Assembly (NCBI GenBank): GCA_038087875.1
Contig: CM075988.1
Coordinates: 15,500,001 to 15,564,000, forward strand
DNA from: Malacoraja senta
Taxonomy: Eukaryota
Reading direction: 5' to 3'
DNA length: 64,000 nt
Below are positions 22,661-36,100 of the stretch, one piece after another. Each line of letters starts with the position of its first letter. The first letter of the stretch is position 1. A program made the position numbers and the translations under genes. The notes below the pieces were generated by a model, which was given only the letters and a program-made list of their open reading frames with translations, was not told the DNA's origin and made no database searches.

Positions 22661-23873
22661 TTCGTGAACACATGTAACATTCTCATTTTCCAATAGGAAC
22701 CCCTTCACTCTTCTCAACTCCAAGGTATACAGATGATATTATTTGTATTATTTGAGTTACTTATTTGTTTGTTTTCCTTTGTGTTTTATTTTCTTTTTAT
22801 TGCTTATAAGTTTATTTGTGTTTGTATTTTTTAACATGTTCAATAAATAAGAGAAAAAAAAAAAAGAAGAAAAAAAAACTTAATTATCTCACCTTTCTTG
22901 ATAGGACAATCCTCTAATCCCAGGGATTAGCCTGGTGAGTTTCTTCCACATACCCTCTTACCCCATTTTGCCGCACCACACCCACTCTATTTAGAGACGG
23001 ATAAGTTGATGTTGTTATTGAAACCCTACTGCATGGAGCCAAGATTCAGACCTACACAGAAAGCTTTCCTTGCTGACTAGCATTCACTTTCCAAGCTGAA
23101 ACACCCAAGTGCTGTATGACTGAGATACCTGAGGGTATGAGGGATGAAGCTTTATTACTCAGGATTACTCAGCTCCCATAGAAGTGAAAGCAAGGAAAAC
23201 CAAGTACAAAAACATAAAGGGCTTGCACTTATATGGCTCCTCAAAATGTCCTCAATCTCTTTACTTCCATAAAAAAAAGTACCTCAGGACTGTTGCCATT
23301 ACTGTAATGTAGGAAACGCAGCAGCCAGTTTGTATATTGCAAGGTTCACACCCACAGTAACACATTAAGTGTTTATTTTAGTGATGTCTGTCAAGGGGTA
23401 AGTATTGGCCAGAGCACTGGGGAGTAGGACTTGCCGTTCTTCAAAATAGTGAGGTTCAGTGGGGAAGGTAGAACAGGCCTGAGTCTGTTCCAAAAGAGGG
23501 TCACAACACTGTGATCCTTCGTATCCGAGTGGAGGTGTCAGCCTCGATTATGTGATCAAATGACCCCAGTTGTACGTTGCACTCAGAGGCACGTGTGATA
23601 TTCACCAAACAGAATTGCAGTACATGGGGCGGTTATACAGTATAAAGACTTTGACTTTGGCCAGCCCTGCTAATCTGGAACAAAGAAGCCCTGAAAAGTC
23701 AACTGACACTGGCACCTGATAGTCCCCTCTCTCTTTTTCTTTCTCTCTGGTGAGCCTGCAGTAAACTCGCTTACTCACTTGTTCAACTACAATTAAATTG
23801 AGGCTCAGATATCGTTATGCCTTTCAAATTTAAACAACCCCCCATTGAGCACTTAAAGTATGGGTTGTGTGAA

Positions 23874-23887
23874 AGTGCCATAGCAAC
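23874..23887 (+). promoter_or_regulatory. RFX X-box-like site upstream of SAXO-like gene
   Basis: AGTGCCATAGCAAC, with a perfect ATAGCAAC right half, about 170 bp upstream of the ATG; typical of ciliary gene promoters. Confidence 0.55.
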
Positions 23888-24059
23888 AGGCATACACTGA
23901 AGAGATTGGCGTATAATTAAGCATGATCAAGGAACACTGACTGACCACAGCCAGGAGGAAGTTCTTCCTGGACACGCTGTGGGACACTTTGAAAGGATTT
24001 GCTCCGTTTCTGAGCAACATTTCTCAAGGAACATATTTCAGAAAGAAACGTTTATTGAA

Positions 24060-24139
24060 ATGGCTCTGAATTATTTGAGAAAGCTAGAAGACATGGAGTT
24101 CTCGGAGTTCTCGTGCCTGTGTGAGCTGTGTGATTGTGG
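24060..24139 (+). CDS. SAXO-like exon 1
   Basis: MALNYLRKLEDMEFSEFSCLCELCDCG, donor GG|GTAAGT; in-frame stop upstream at 23898. Confidence 0.78.
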
Positions 24140-27100
24140 GTAAGTGTGTCTCCAATATAGGCAAGGTTAAATAGGTTCACAAAAATGCTGGAGAAACTCA
24201 GCGGGTGCAGCAGCATCTATGGAGCGAAGGAAATAGGTAACGTTTCGGGCCGAAACCCTTCGCCCGAAACGTTACCTATTTCCTTCGCTCCATAGATGCT
24301 GCTGCACCCGCTGAGTTTCTCCAGCATTTTTGTGTACCTTCGATTTTCCAGCATCTGCAGTTCCTTCTTTAACACAAGGTTAAATAGGTTAGTGTTTAAC
24401 ACGGCGTATTTTGTAATGTTTTCATTTCAGTCCAAAGCTTATCACAGTTGAGGGAGCACTTCTGAACTGTAACCTCTGTTGTGATATTGTAATGTACTAT
24501 GGTCAATCAGTACCGTGTGTTGAATCATGAATGAATTTGCAAGAAATATTATTACATTTAGTTTTGCCACATTCCACTTTATTGTTTAAGTGTATCCATA
24601 AACAGTAAACCCCAATCCTTCCATTCTTCAGTCCCTCAACCCCCCCCCCCAAAATCATTGTTATCCAAGCTCATCTTTTCTACCCCCACCTGAGCCTAGC
24701 ATCTCAGCATTGTACTTTCTTTTCCACCCCTTCATGTACAATGCCACACCTTTAATCTCAACGCCATTCTATCTTGTACCAAACTCTACTCCTTCCACAT
24801 TAACATTACCTGCCTACCATAGCCGCAGTTCTATCCAAAGCCGATACATTCTACTTATCACTGCAGTAACATCTACGTCCTTCTACCTGAACCCCCAAAC
24901 TCTACCTTCTATTCCATTCCAAATTCTACCCTTCTATCGAAGCAACCAGTGGCTGGGGTCCAATGCCAACAAATAAAAATCATCCCTTGCCGGCAAAGTT
25001 CAACACCAGTATTTGCTAAGGTAGCTGGTCATTGATCACCACATCTCTGACATCACAATATCAGTGACATCTCAGAATAATAGGATTCATTGAGCCAAAG
25101 GTACAACTCTTGATCACTATCGATTTGTCCTGCTGGTAAGTGTCCATGGATTTTTTAAATCTTAACCATGATGTCCCATTTGGTATGCCCTGCCTATTCT
25201 CACACTTGAATAATGGTCTTTTGAATGAGGGTGTTGGGAGGTAACCAGTCAATTTCCTCAAGTTTGGAGGAGAAACATTTTAGAACATTAGTTATTGTAA
25301 TTCTGAAGTTCTTTATTGGCCATTGAGCACTTTGAGGTATCCAGTGGGGCATGACTGGCTCGACTTACAAGATCTCTATTATGAACATTACCTCAAGTTT
25401 GAAAGAAATCCCTGGACTATCATAATACTCGCATCTTAATCCCATCCCCCTTCACCAGGAGTGTGGAAGTATTGAGCTTGGAATGGTGATGTTTCTTGCT
25501 AATTTAATGAGAACGTTGTGCCTCACTGAAGACATGACAAATAGGAGCTGCAGGTTACAGGTTATCCTTTGCAATGCTGGAAATTGAAATTGAAATTTGT
25601 GTTCTTCTGTTTCCAGACTGTCAGGTTTGGCAAGCATGCAAGTTTCTGTTAAACATTCTACTTTTTTAGGCACTCTCATTGGGTAGTGATAAGCACATCT
25701 GATTCCAATTGTTCCATGTTGATTAATATTGACAAGATGTGAGTGAACATAACTGTGAGAGACTGCACTTAATGTAGGAACCTATGACATCATCTTCATA
25801 CGACTTCACAAAGAATGATCAGAATATGTAAATGCTTAGATGCTATTAACTTCAGAAGAGAGAGATTTAGGGACACAAGTATACTATTACCTTAATTTTT
25901 AGTGACAATGTATATAAAATACATTAAACTATACAGTAACGTGGATAGAGAGAAATGGCTAACTAAGATCAGAATGAAATTGCCTGCTTCAGGTTGGTAG
26001 CTGTAACTGCTGGGATCGTATTAGGGACTTCATGATTCACAGTTCATATTAGAGATGTAATAATCTCAGTATAATCTGCACAAATTTGCTGCTAAGATGA
26101 AGGTGGCAAAGAAGCAAAGAACCTGAGAAGGAGCAAATAGGTTAAGAAAAAATTGTGGCAGATGGTATATAATGTAAGAAATATGAGGTTATGCACTTTG
26201 AGAGTAAGAGTAGCAACAAAGATTGTTGCATCAACAGAGGGAGACTATAACATACCGAGGGATGAGGGTGACGTCATATGAACCTTATCTCAGCATGCAA
26301 ATAGGAGCGAAAATGGAGTGTGACCTTTGTGGTAAAGGGCATGGAGTATATAAAAGTAGGTAAATGTCTCTATAACTGATAAGGGTTGACAATATATAAA
26401 ATGTCTGTTGTTGGTTGGTAACTAGTTTCACCTGGTTACAGCTCCCTGATGAATTCTTCCTTCTCCTCTCCTCTAGTCAACACAAATATCATCAGAATTG
26501 CAAGAAGAAGCAATCAATTCAACGGCGCTCAGTAAGCACAGACTGGCTCCTAACCAACTACCAGTCGTCCTTCAGGCGACCCCTGAGTAAGAACCTTTAT
26601 TACACTGTAATATACTTGCATATCTCCACGTTATCTTGATTAGGTGATAGCTGCCTTCTCTCGTCTCACTTAGGTTTGCTTCTGGTTTTGAGAAGCAATC
26701 TGGACTGACCCACAAGCTGGAGATAAGACTCAAATAGATTTTAGTCAAAGGGGCAATACATCATATCTTAAAATTGGGTAGATTGTTAGGCTCAGATCCC
26801 CCAATGATTTCCATGCTCCCTAAATCTTTGTTTCCAGGGTTACATTTAATAAAGGAATACACCCTTTCCCATCTACCATGCTGTATGCCAGGTCTAATAT
26901 ACACAAGGCAGATATTACTTTTGCCCCTTTATACAACCAGGCTCAGGACTACATCTCTTAAGATGTACTGGGAGTATTCAACAATTAAGGATAATTTTCC
27001 TGGATACAACTGAGAGAAAAATCCCCCCCAAAGATTGTAATTTTGAAGAAAATTCTGTTTTGGGATTTTTTTCTTTGCAAGCAGGAAGTTCTATTTATGT

Positions 27101-30100
27101 TTACAAATTTGATATTTTTTATAGATCTTTGCACAATATCTTATATTGTTTAAGATAGTAAACCATTTAAAATCAAAGGAATGCAATCAAACAAAATTTG
27201 ACACCAAGGAATGTAAAGGAACAGGCAACCAAAAGATTAGCCCAGGAGGTGAAATGGTTTTTGGGAGATATTCAAAATATTAGGCAGCTGTAGACACAGC
27301 TAACAAGGATATTGCAATCAACATCTGGGATGTGCAAAAGTTCCAGTTGAAAATATATAAATGCTTTGAAGGAGTTGGTGTTGTTTATAGGACACATTTG
27401 AAATTGTGCCAAAACTGCCAGAATTGAACCTTAAAATTTTTTTGTGTCCTCTCAACAATATCTTTACTAAAAGAACAAAGTATTTAATCCTTAGCCAACA
27501 ACATTTTGACATTTCTGATGTTTTGCAACTAATGAATCTTGTTTACAACAGTGACCACAGCACAAAGGTATTTCATAAACACCTCCATGTTGAAAATATA
27601 CTACACTGATGCACACTAAAACCAGAAAGTGCAGGAAAAAAATCAAGCGGTCAGAGTCGGTGTTTCTCCCTTCACAAACGCTATCCAACCTGCTGATTGT
27701 TTCCAGTACTTTCTGGTTTTATTTTGGATTTCCAACATCTGAAGTTTTTTATTTTCATTATAGAAAAGCTCCCTCATTTTACATTTTAAACCTAGCGTGC
27801 ATCTTTTCTCTCATGAATTCACAAGGAGCAGAGACTCAATAATTCACTTTGAATTCCATCTCAGACGTCCTGCCCCGCAGCAGCAAGAGGCCATTACGCA
27901 CTCCGCCACACCCCAACCCCCCAGCCATGCAAAGTGAAACCACACAACGCTCAGAATTTGGGCCGAGGGTCCAGAGAGAACAGACAAAAGCTGGCAACAG
28001 GGTGAGTAGAGTGTGACTGCCATGTGCTGAAATTCATTGTGGTTATGTTGTTTCGATCCTGCGGAAGGGTCCAGTGCCACAGGAGAGTGGAATGGCCAAA
28101 TTCTACATACCAGGCAAAACAGGTGCAGTATCACCATTGCCTTCCACACTGTAACATAACAAACCAAGTTCTATACTCAATTCCCTGAGTGGTGAAGGCC
28201 AACGTGCCAAAAGCCACCTTCACAATCCTATCTCCCTATCTATCTTTCAGGGAACTATGGATATGTACTCCTGGATTCTTCAGCTCTACAACACTGCCCA
28301 GGGCACTACTGTTCAGGCATCTCTGGAGAGAAGGAATAGGTGATGTTTTGGGTCAGAGGGTCTCGACTCGAAACGTCACCCATTCCTTCTCTCCAGAAAT
28401 GTTGTTACTCTCCAGCAATTTGTGCCTACCTTCAATTTAAACTAGCATCTGCAGTTCTTTCTTACAAACTTTTCTTATTTCCTGTCTAGAAATGTACAGG
28501 AAGTTAACACCTAAAGGTTCACAGATATAGTGCACAGGCCACCTGTGAGTCCATTATAGGACAGTGGCTGTTCCATACCACTGAACAAATGAAGAGATCC
28601 CAAGTGATTTCAGGCTATAGAGCTGTAGGGATTTCAGTGATAGAGCTGCTGCCTTATAGCGGCAGAGATCCGGGTTCGATCTTGACCACGGGTGCAGTCT
28701 GTACGGAGTTTGTATGTTCTTCCTGTGACTAAAGATTTTCTCCGGGAGCTCCGGATTCCTCCCACACCCCAAAGAAGTACAGGTTTGTAGGTTAATTGAC
28801 TACGGTAAAAATGGTAAATTGTCCCTAGTGTGTAGGATAGTGTTAGTGTACGGGGCAATCGCTGGTCGGCGCAGACTCGGTTGGCCAAAGGGCCTGTTTC
28901 CATGCTGTATCTCTAAAGTCTAAAAGTTATCAGGAGCTGGTTCAGGATGACAGGCAAGATTGCATCCCTAGGACTGGACCCAATCTTTCATCAACAACAG
29001 AACTTTATGTCCTGCTGTATCCACTGCATTGTGTGGGCTGATGATGGGGCTGGAATTTAGGGCATCACTGGCAGAGTGCCTGAGTGCCCAAAGCCCACTG
29101 CTAGTTTCCAGATAGACGGAGATGATGGAAAGAATCAGGAAGGTAAACGAGAGAGGCCAACATTGGGGGAAAGTTTATCTCCTTTAACCAGATTTCCCTT
29201 CCACTGACCATTTGAAATAAATCTGAGTGAAAATTTAACAAACTTTATGCTGAAAATACAAAATCAAGCAGAAAATGTCATAAAGGCTCAGCAGATCACG
29301 CAGCATCTATGGAAGGAGAAATATTAGTTAACATTTGAGGTTGAAACCCCTTTGCCAGAGTTTGTAGATCCTTCGACCTGAAAGATTATCTCAAAGATGT
29401 CTGACCTGCTGAGCATTTCCAGTATTTTCTATCTAGGATTTATGTCTGCCAATAATTATTGAATGCTGGGTTATAAATGGCACTCACTTCAAGACTCTGC
29501 ATTAATGATGAGCAAAAATTTCCATTTCTGTTCTTGTGCCTTGTTGATGGGTTATTTCACATTGATAAGCCTCTGCAGGAACAGCTTCACTCTAAATCTA
29601 TACACGCCAAGGCATTGACTCTAAAAGAACGTCCAACGACAGTCCAGAAATGTCTCAAAGGTAGCCTACCGTCGAGTCGATCGAGTTCCAGAAGCAACGC
29701 CAGCAGCAAGGGTTGGAAGCCTGAGCCTTCAGTGAGATCTGGAGAACGTTTGACCGCAGCAGGTGAAGCTCCCTAATTTTCTGAGCCATTTCCTTTAGCT
29801 TTAAGTTGTTCGCTCCTTTGTTAATGGTGTTTTTGCACACCTCATGCTTTGGAATCATATGATATGAATGGAGAGGATAGTATCAGATGCAGGAGATGCG
29901 GTAATAAGTCCAAAACTGAAAGGTGGGAAACTTTTACTGGAGGGGCATTCACAAGAAGCACTACCCTGGGATCTGCTATATTTTCATTTACATTAATGAC
30001 AGAGCAAAGGTTAGCTTATCTAAGTTTCCCACTTAGAAAAAGTGAGCTGAGAGAAGGATACAAAGTGAATATGAAGAGGTTCCGACAGTTGTTAATTGAA

Positions 30101-33100
30101 TTAGCAAGAAATTGGTAAATGGTGTATAATTCAGAGTGGCACAGTGGCGCAGTGGTAGAGTTGCTTCCTTACATCGCCAGAGACTCGGGTTTGATTCTGA
30201 CTACGGGTGCATGTCTCCTTGGAGTTTGTACATTCTCCCTGTGACCGTGTGGGTTTCTCCGGGTGCTCCGGTTTCCTCCCACACTCCAGAAATGTACAGA
30301 TTTGTAGGTTACTTGGCTTGGTATAAAGGTAAATTGTCCCTGGTGTGTGTAGGACAGTGTTAGTGTACAGGGTTCGCTGGTCAGCGTGGACTGGGTGGGC
30401 CAAAGGACCCGATCTGTATTGGATCACTGAACTAAACACTGATGTTATTCATTTTGGTGGGAAGGATGAAAGAACGGAACTTATTTTTGTCATTGATGAA
30501 AGACTAGAAAATGAGTTATTGAACTGTGCTGGGAGATAAAACACAGAGATACAGTGTGTAATTAGGAAACCAAGTGGAGGATTGGCTCATATTGCACGGA
30601 GACTGGATTGCAAGAGTAAGGAGATCTGAATATAACAAAAATGATGGAAGTACTCAGCAGGCGAGCTAGCACGTGCGGAAAGAAGCACATTTCAGACTGG
30701 TGCCCTCTCATCAAAACTGGGAAATGCTTGAAGTAAATGTGTTTAGTGATGGTGGCAGGAAATAATAAAAGGGATTGTTTGCTTTGGGATGGAAGGCAGG
30801 AGACAATGAGAGTGAGTGAGATGTTTAAAAGAAGGGAAGATTATCTCATTCAAATCAGAGGAATGTGGGTGCAAAGCTGACAAGTACATATTTTGGTTAA
30901 TAGGTGTTTGAGAATCAGGGGAGAAGGGGCTCAGATATGGGGCTTGGATGGGTGATACCTGCTGCTGTTACTTATGTTCTTATGACAATGCTAAAGAGAG
31001 GAATGTACATGGTTCAGAGGGCAGACCATTGTAAAGGGATGTAGGCAGAGTGTGTGGATGAAAATATGGCAAAAAGAATCTGATGTGGGAATGTGTAAAG
31101 TCACCTTATTCAGACAAAGGAAGATAAATAGGAACAGTGGAGACTGTAGCTCAATTACAGGACTTGCAGTCAGAAATCTGGACCATTGACCCAGAGACAC
31201 CAGTTCAAATTTCATCAGGACACAATTTAAAATAAATTTGGAATTAAATAAATATTCCCAGTGACGATACAACAACTGATTTTTGATTAAAACTCAACTG
31301 GTTTAATAATATCCGTCATCCACCTTGGCCTTTGTTTATTTCAAACCCATTAACTTGGTTGACTCTCAACTCAGTCGAGGCGAGGAGTGATATACGACAA
31401 ATGGTGAAGATGTCCACACATAATGAATAAACCTTAAGTACACAGAGTAATGGGACTTGGAGCTTAGTAGACATACATACAGTATATGTAAAATTATAAG
31501 CAAATTAAATGTTGCCATTTACCTCAAGGAGTACAGATATACTAAGAAAAAAGAAATGCTTTCGTAACATAGAATATTAGTCAGACTCTACAGTATATGG
31601 GGTACCATCATTGCCAACATATAGAAAGCAAGGAACCCAGATCTTTAACATTCTGTTTCTATTCTCTAGGATATCAATGCCCCCCATATCAGAACAATAT
31701 CCAGCAACCCACAAGAGAAGCGGAAATTCGTGAGAATTTCTGCAATATGCCAGAACGTGCAAAGCCCTTACCAGATAACTTAAAGTTCGAAGGTATGGCA
31801 AATTGAGCCACAGATAAGAGCAGGGTCCGGCAAAACAGCCCTTCTGTACACCATTCAGAGTGTACTTCAAGTGGGCTTTGTATTTCTCCATTGGTTCAAG
31901 GTCAGGGAGGTAAGAGTTGGATAATGAACAACAGTTATTCACCATAAAATAGTCCTGTGGTCGCTACACCTTGTGTTGGAAAATGCCTTATCACATCATC
32001 TTCAGTTCCAGTACAACACTGGATAGAAAAGGATTGTCTCATCAAACAACAATAACAATTTATTGCATAGCAACACTAACATTGAAAAACAAACATGGTG
32101 CTTTACAGGCAGCATCACTGGATAAAATGTATAAGTATATCTTTGGTATAAAGCAGTATCTGCAGTTCATTTTTATTACATGTTGCTTCACAGGCATGTT
32201 ATCAAACAGAATTTAACACAGATTAGTCAATTAACACAGATTAGTCAGAGGGGAAGACAGATGGTGAGAATATTGGTTTGGAGCTTACATAGATTGAATG
32301 AAGACAACGAGGCTGGTTTATAAAAATGGCACAAAGCGCTGGAGTCACTTAGCGGGTCAGGCAGCATCTCTGGAGCTTTTGGACAGGTGATGTTTTGGGT
32401 CAAAATTTGTGAAATGGAGGCACAAAAGACTGCGGATGTTGGTATCTTGAAAAAAAACTATGGACTAAATGGACAATTGACGTTTTGGGTCAGGTCCTTT
32501 AGATTGACTCCAATTCCTTCCACAGATACTGCCTGGCCTGCCGAGTTCCTCCAGCAGTTTTGTTTTTGCTGACTAAATTTGTGAATGTTCATGTTTCAGA
32601 AATGAAAGTGACTGATATCTTTAAATAGGTATAGGACTGGGTAGGCTGGGTAAAGACATGGACAGATTTGGAAAATAAGATGAGAATTTGAAAATTATCG
32701 AGGGAAATGGCACACAGGAACTAATGAAAGCTAATAGATGAGCAGTAGAGTTTACCTCAATTTCACGACATTAATGAGGCTGAAAGGGTGAAGTCAGTAA
32801 GCGGAGCTTTGAAACAGTCAGGTCTAGATTAAGAAAGGCTGGGGCTATGGTTTTAGCAGCAGACAGGATAAGGCATGAACAGAACTGGGCAGCCATAAGT
32901 GGAAATAAATGGTCACGGATATGCAGAACAATTGGTTTCAGCTGCTAGAGGGAGGAATCGAATGGAGCTTGGAGCTGGGGCTTGTGAATGGGACTTTGAC
33001 GTTGGCTTCAGCATTCATAATACATTGTGGAAGGAGGGCAGCATGGTGCCGTAGCAGTAGAGCTACTGCCTTACAGCGCCAGAGACCCGGGTTCCATCCA

Positions 33101-36100
33101 GACTATGGGTGCTTGCCTGTGTACTGCCTTGCCTCTATAGAAACATAGAAAATAGGTGCAGGAGTAGGCCATTCGGCCCTTTGAGCCTGCACCACCATTC
33201 AATATGATCATGGCTGATCATCCAACTCAGTATCCTGTACCTGCCTTCTCTCCATACCCCCTGATCCCTTTAGCCACAAGGGCCACATCTAACTCCCTTG
33301 TAAATATAGCCAATGAACTGGCCTCAACTACCTTCTGTGGCAGAGAATTCCAGAGATTCACCACTCTCTGTGTGAAAAATGTTTTTCTCATCTCGGTCCT
33401 AAAAGATTTCCCCCTTATCCTTAAACTGTGACCCCTTGTTCTGGACTTCCCCGACATCGGGAACAATCTTCCTGCATCTAGCTTGTCCAACCCCTTAAGA
33501 ATTTTGTAAGTTTCTATAAGATCCCCCCTCAATCTTCTAAATTCTAGCGAGTACAAGCCGAGTCTATCCAGTCTTTCTTCATATGAAAGTCCTGCCATCC
33601 CAGGAATCAGTACTGTGGATCGTTGGTCGGCGCATGACTCGGTGGGCCGAAGGGCCTGTTTTTGCACTGTATCTCTTAACTAAACTAAATGTGTACAGAT
33701 TCAGTGCTGAATGTTGGACAAGTAGTTGAACAATTTAGAAATGGCAGAGGAATTAAAGAAGTAATGCTGAGGTTCTGCTGGTGGTAATCAGTGTCTTTGA
33801 AGAAACCAATGTTTACCTGGAAATGTAATTGCCAACAAATTTTCTTTTCAGTTCTGGAGTTAACCTCTCAAGGATGGGAGGGACACCAGACAGCACACTT
33901 GAATACTACAAAAATGGCCAATACCCAGCCTGTTGTGACCAAGGCCTCTTTTTCAACTGAATTTTGATGCAAGACGACAATGTCTAAAATAATCATTGTA
34001 CCATTGCATCAAAACTACACTACCATATATTAGAGTGCCTAGACAACTATTTTTTTTAGATGTTTCTTAAAGGCAGGCAGTAAATGAAAATTAGGAGAAA
34101 TTAAGAATTCATTTTTGGGGTACGTTAAAAGGTAATGGCACAGATTTCCAGGTGATTCTTTGGCTTCAACTGGACAGATTATATTGGACCATGGGAGTTT
34201 TGCCATTACAAAGAACACAGCTACAGTAGGGCAAGGAGTATACTTCACCTTTGCAACACTCACTTGTGGTTTTACCATGGGCTGCTTGGAACTCCCAGTT
34301 GGGATGATCCCAGGACATGCATGATATTAGTTAGATCAGATAAGTGTTGCGACAGGTAGAACACAAAGCTTCCTCTATACTGTCCAATCACTCACAGGGT
34401 GAATACGACATGGATTTGATAAAGAATACTGTAATAGATACATAGATACATAGAAAATAGGTGCAGGAGTAGGCCATTCGGCCCTTCGAGCCTGCACCGC
34501 CATTCAATATGATCATGGCTGATCATCCAACTCAGTATCCCGTACCTGCCTTCTCTCCATACCCCCTGATCCCTTTAGCCACAAGGGCCACATCTAACTC
34601 CCTCTTAAATATAGCCAATGAACTGGCCTCAACTACAGAGAGTTCCAGAGATTCACCACTCTCTGTGTGAAAAAGTTTCTCCTCATCTCGGTCTTAAAGG
34701 ATTTCCCCCTTATCCTTAAGCTGTGACCCCTTGTCCTGGACTTCCCCAACATCGGGAACAATTTTTCTGCATCTAGCCTGTCCAACCCCATAAGAATTCT
34801 GTACATTTCTATAAGATCCCCTCTCAATCTCCTGAATTCTAGCGAGTATATGCCAAGTCTATCCAGTCTTTCTTCATATGAAAGTCCTGACATCCCAGGA
34901 ATCAGTCTGGTGAACCTTCTCTGCACTCCCTCTATGGCTATAATGTCCTTCCTCAGATTTGGAGACCAAAACTGTAAGCAATACTCCAGGTGTGGTCTCA
35001 CCAAGACCCTGTACAACTGCAGTAGAACCTCCCTGCTCCTATACTCAAATCCTCTTGCTATGAAGGCCAACATACCATTCGCTTTCTTCACTGCCTGCTG
35101 CACCTGCATGCCTACTTTCAATGACTGGTGTACCATGACACCCAGGTCGCGCTGCATCTCCCCATTTCCTAATCGGCCACCATTTAGATAATAGTCTGCC
35201 TTCCCGTTTTTGCCACCAAAGTGGATAACCTCACATTTATCCACATTATACTGCATCTGCCAAACATTTGCCCACTCACCCAGCCTATCCAAGTCACCTT
35301 GCAGTCTCCTAGCATCCTCCTCACAGCTAACACTGCCCCCCAGCTTAGTGTCGTCCGTAAACTTGGGGATGTTGCTTTCAATTCCCTCGTCCAGATCATT
35401 AATATAAATTGTAAATAGCTGGGGTCCCAGCACTGAGCCTTGCGGTACCCCACTAGTCACTGCTTGCCATTGTGAAAAGGACCCGTTTACTCCTACTCTT
35501 TGCTTCTTGTTTGCCAGCCAGTTCTCTATCCACATCAATACTGAACCCCCAATACCGTGTGATTTAAGTTTGTATCCTAATCTCTTATGTGGTACCTTGT
35601 CGAAAGCCTTCTGAAAGTCCAGATACAACACATCCACTGGTTCTCCCCTATCCACTCTACTAGTTACATCCTCGAAAAATTCTATAAGATTTGTCAGACA
35701 CGATTTACCTTTCGTAAATCCATGCTGACTTTGTCCAATGATTTCACCACTTTCCAAATGTGCTGCTATCCCATCTTTAATAACTGACTCTAGCAGTTTC
35801 CCCACTACCGATGTTAGACTAACTGGTCTGTAATTCCCCGTTTTCTCTCTCCCTCCCTTCTTAAAAATTGGGGTTACGTTTGCTACCCTCCAATCCTCAG
35901 GAACTACTCCAGAATCTAAAGAGTTTTGAAAAATTATCACTAAGGCATCCACTATTTCTGGAGCTACTTCCTTAAGTACTCTGCGATGCAGCCTATCTGG
36001 CCCTGGTGATTTATCGGCCTTTAATCCATTCAATTTACCCAACACCACTTCCCGACTAACCTGGATTTCACTCAGTTCCTCCAACTCCTTTGACCCGCGG

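Noticed and set aside
33852-33968. Extra SAXO-like exon after tttcttttcag
   Set aside because: It runs into a stop with no donor and has no Mn motif; exons 5 and 6 already join in frame (DNLKFEG-VHDLNTTY).
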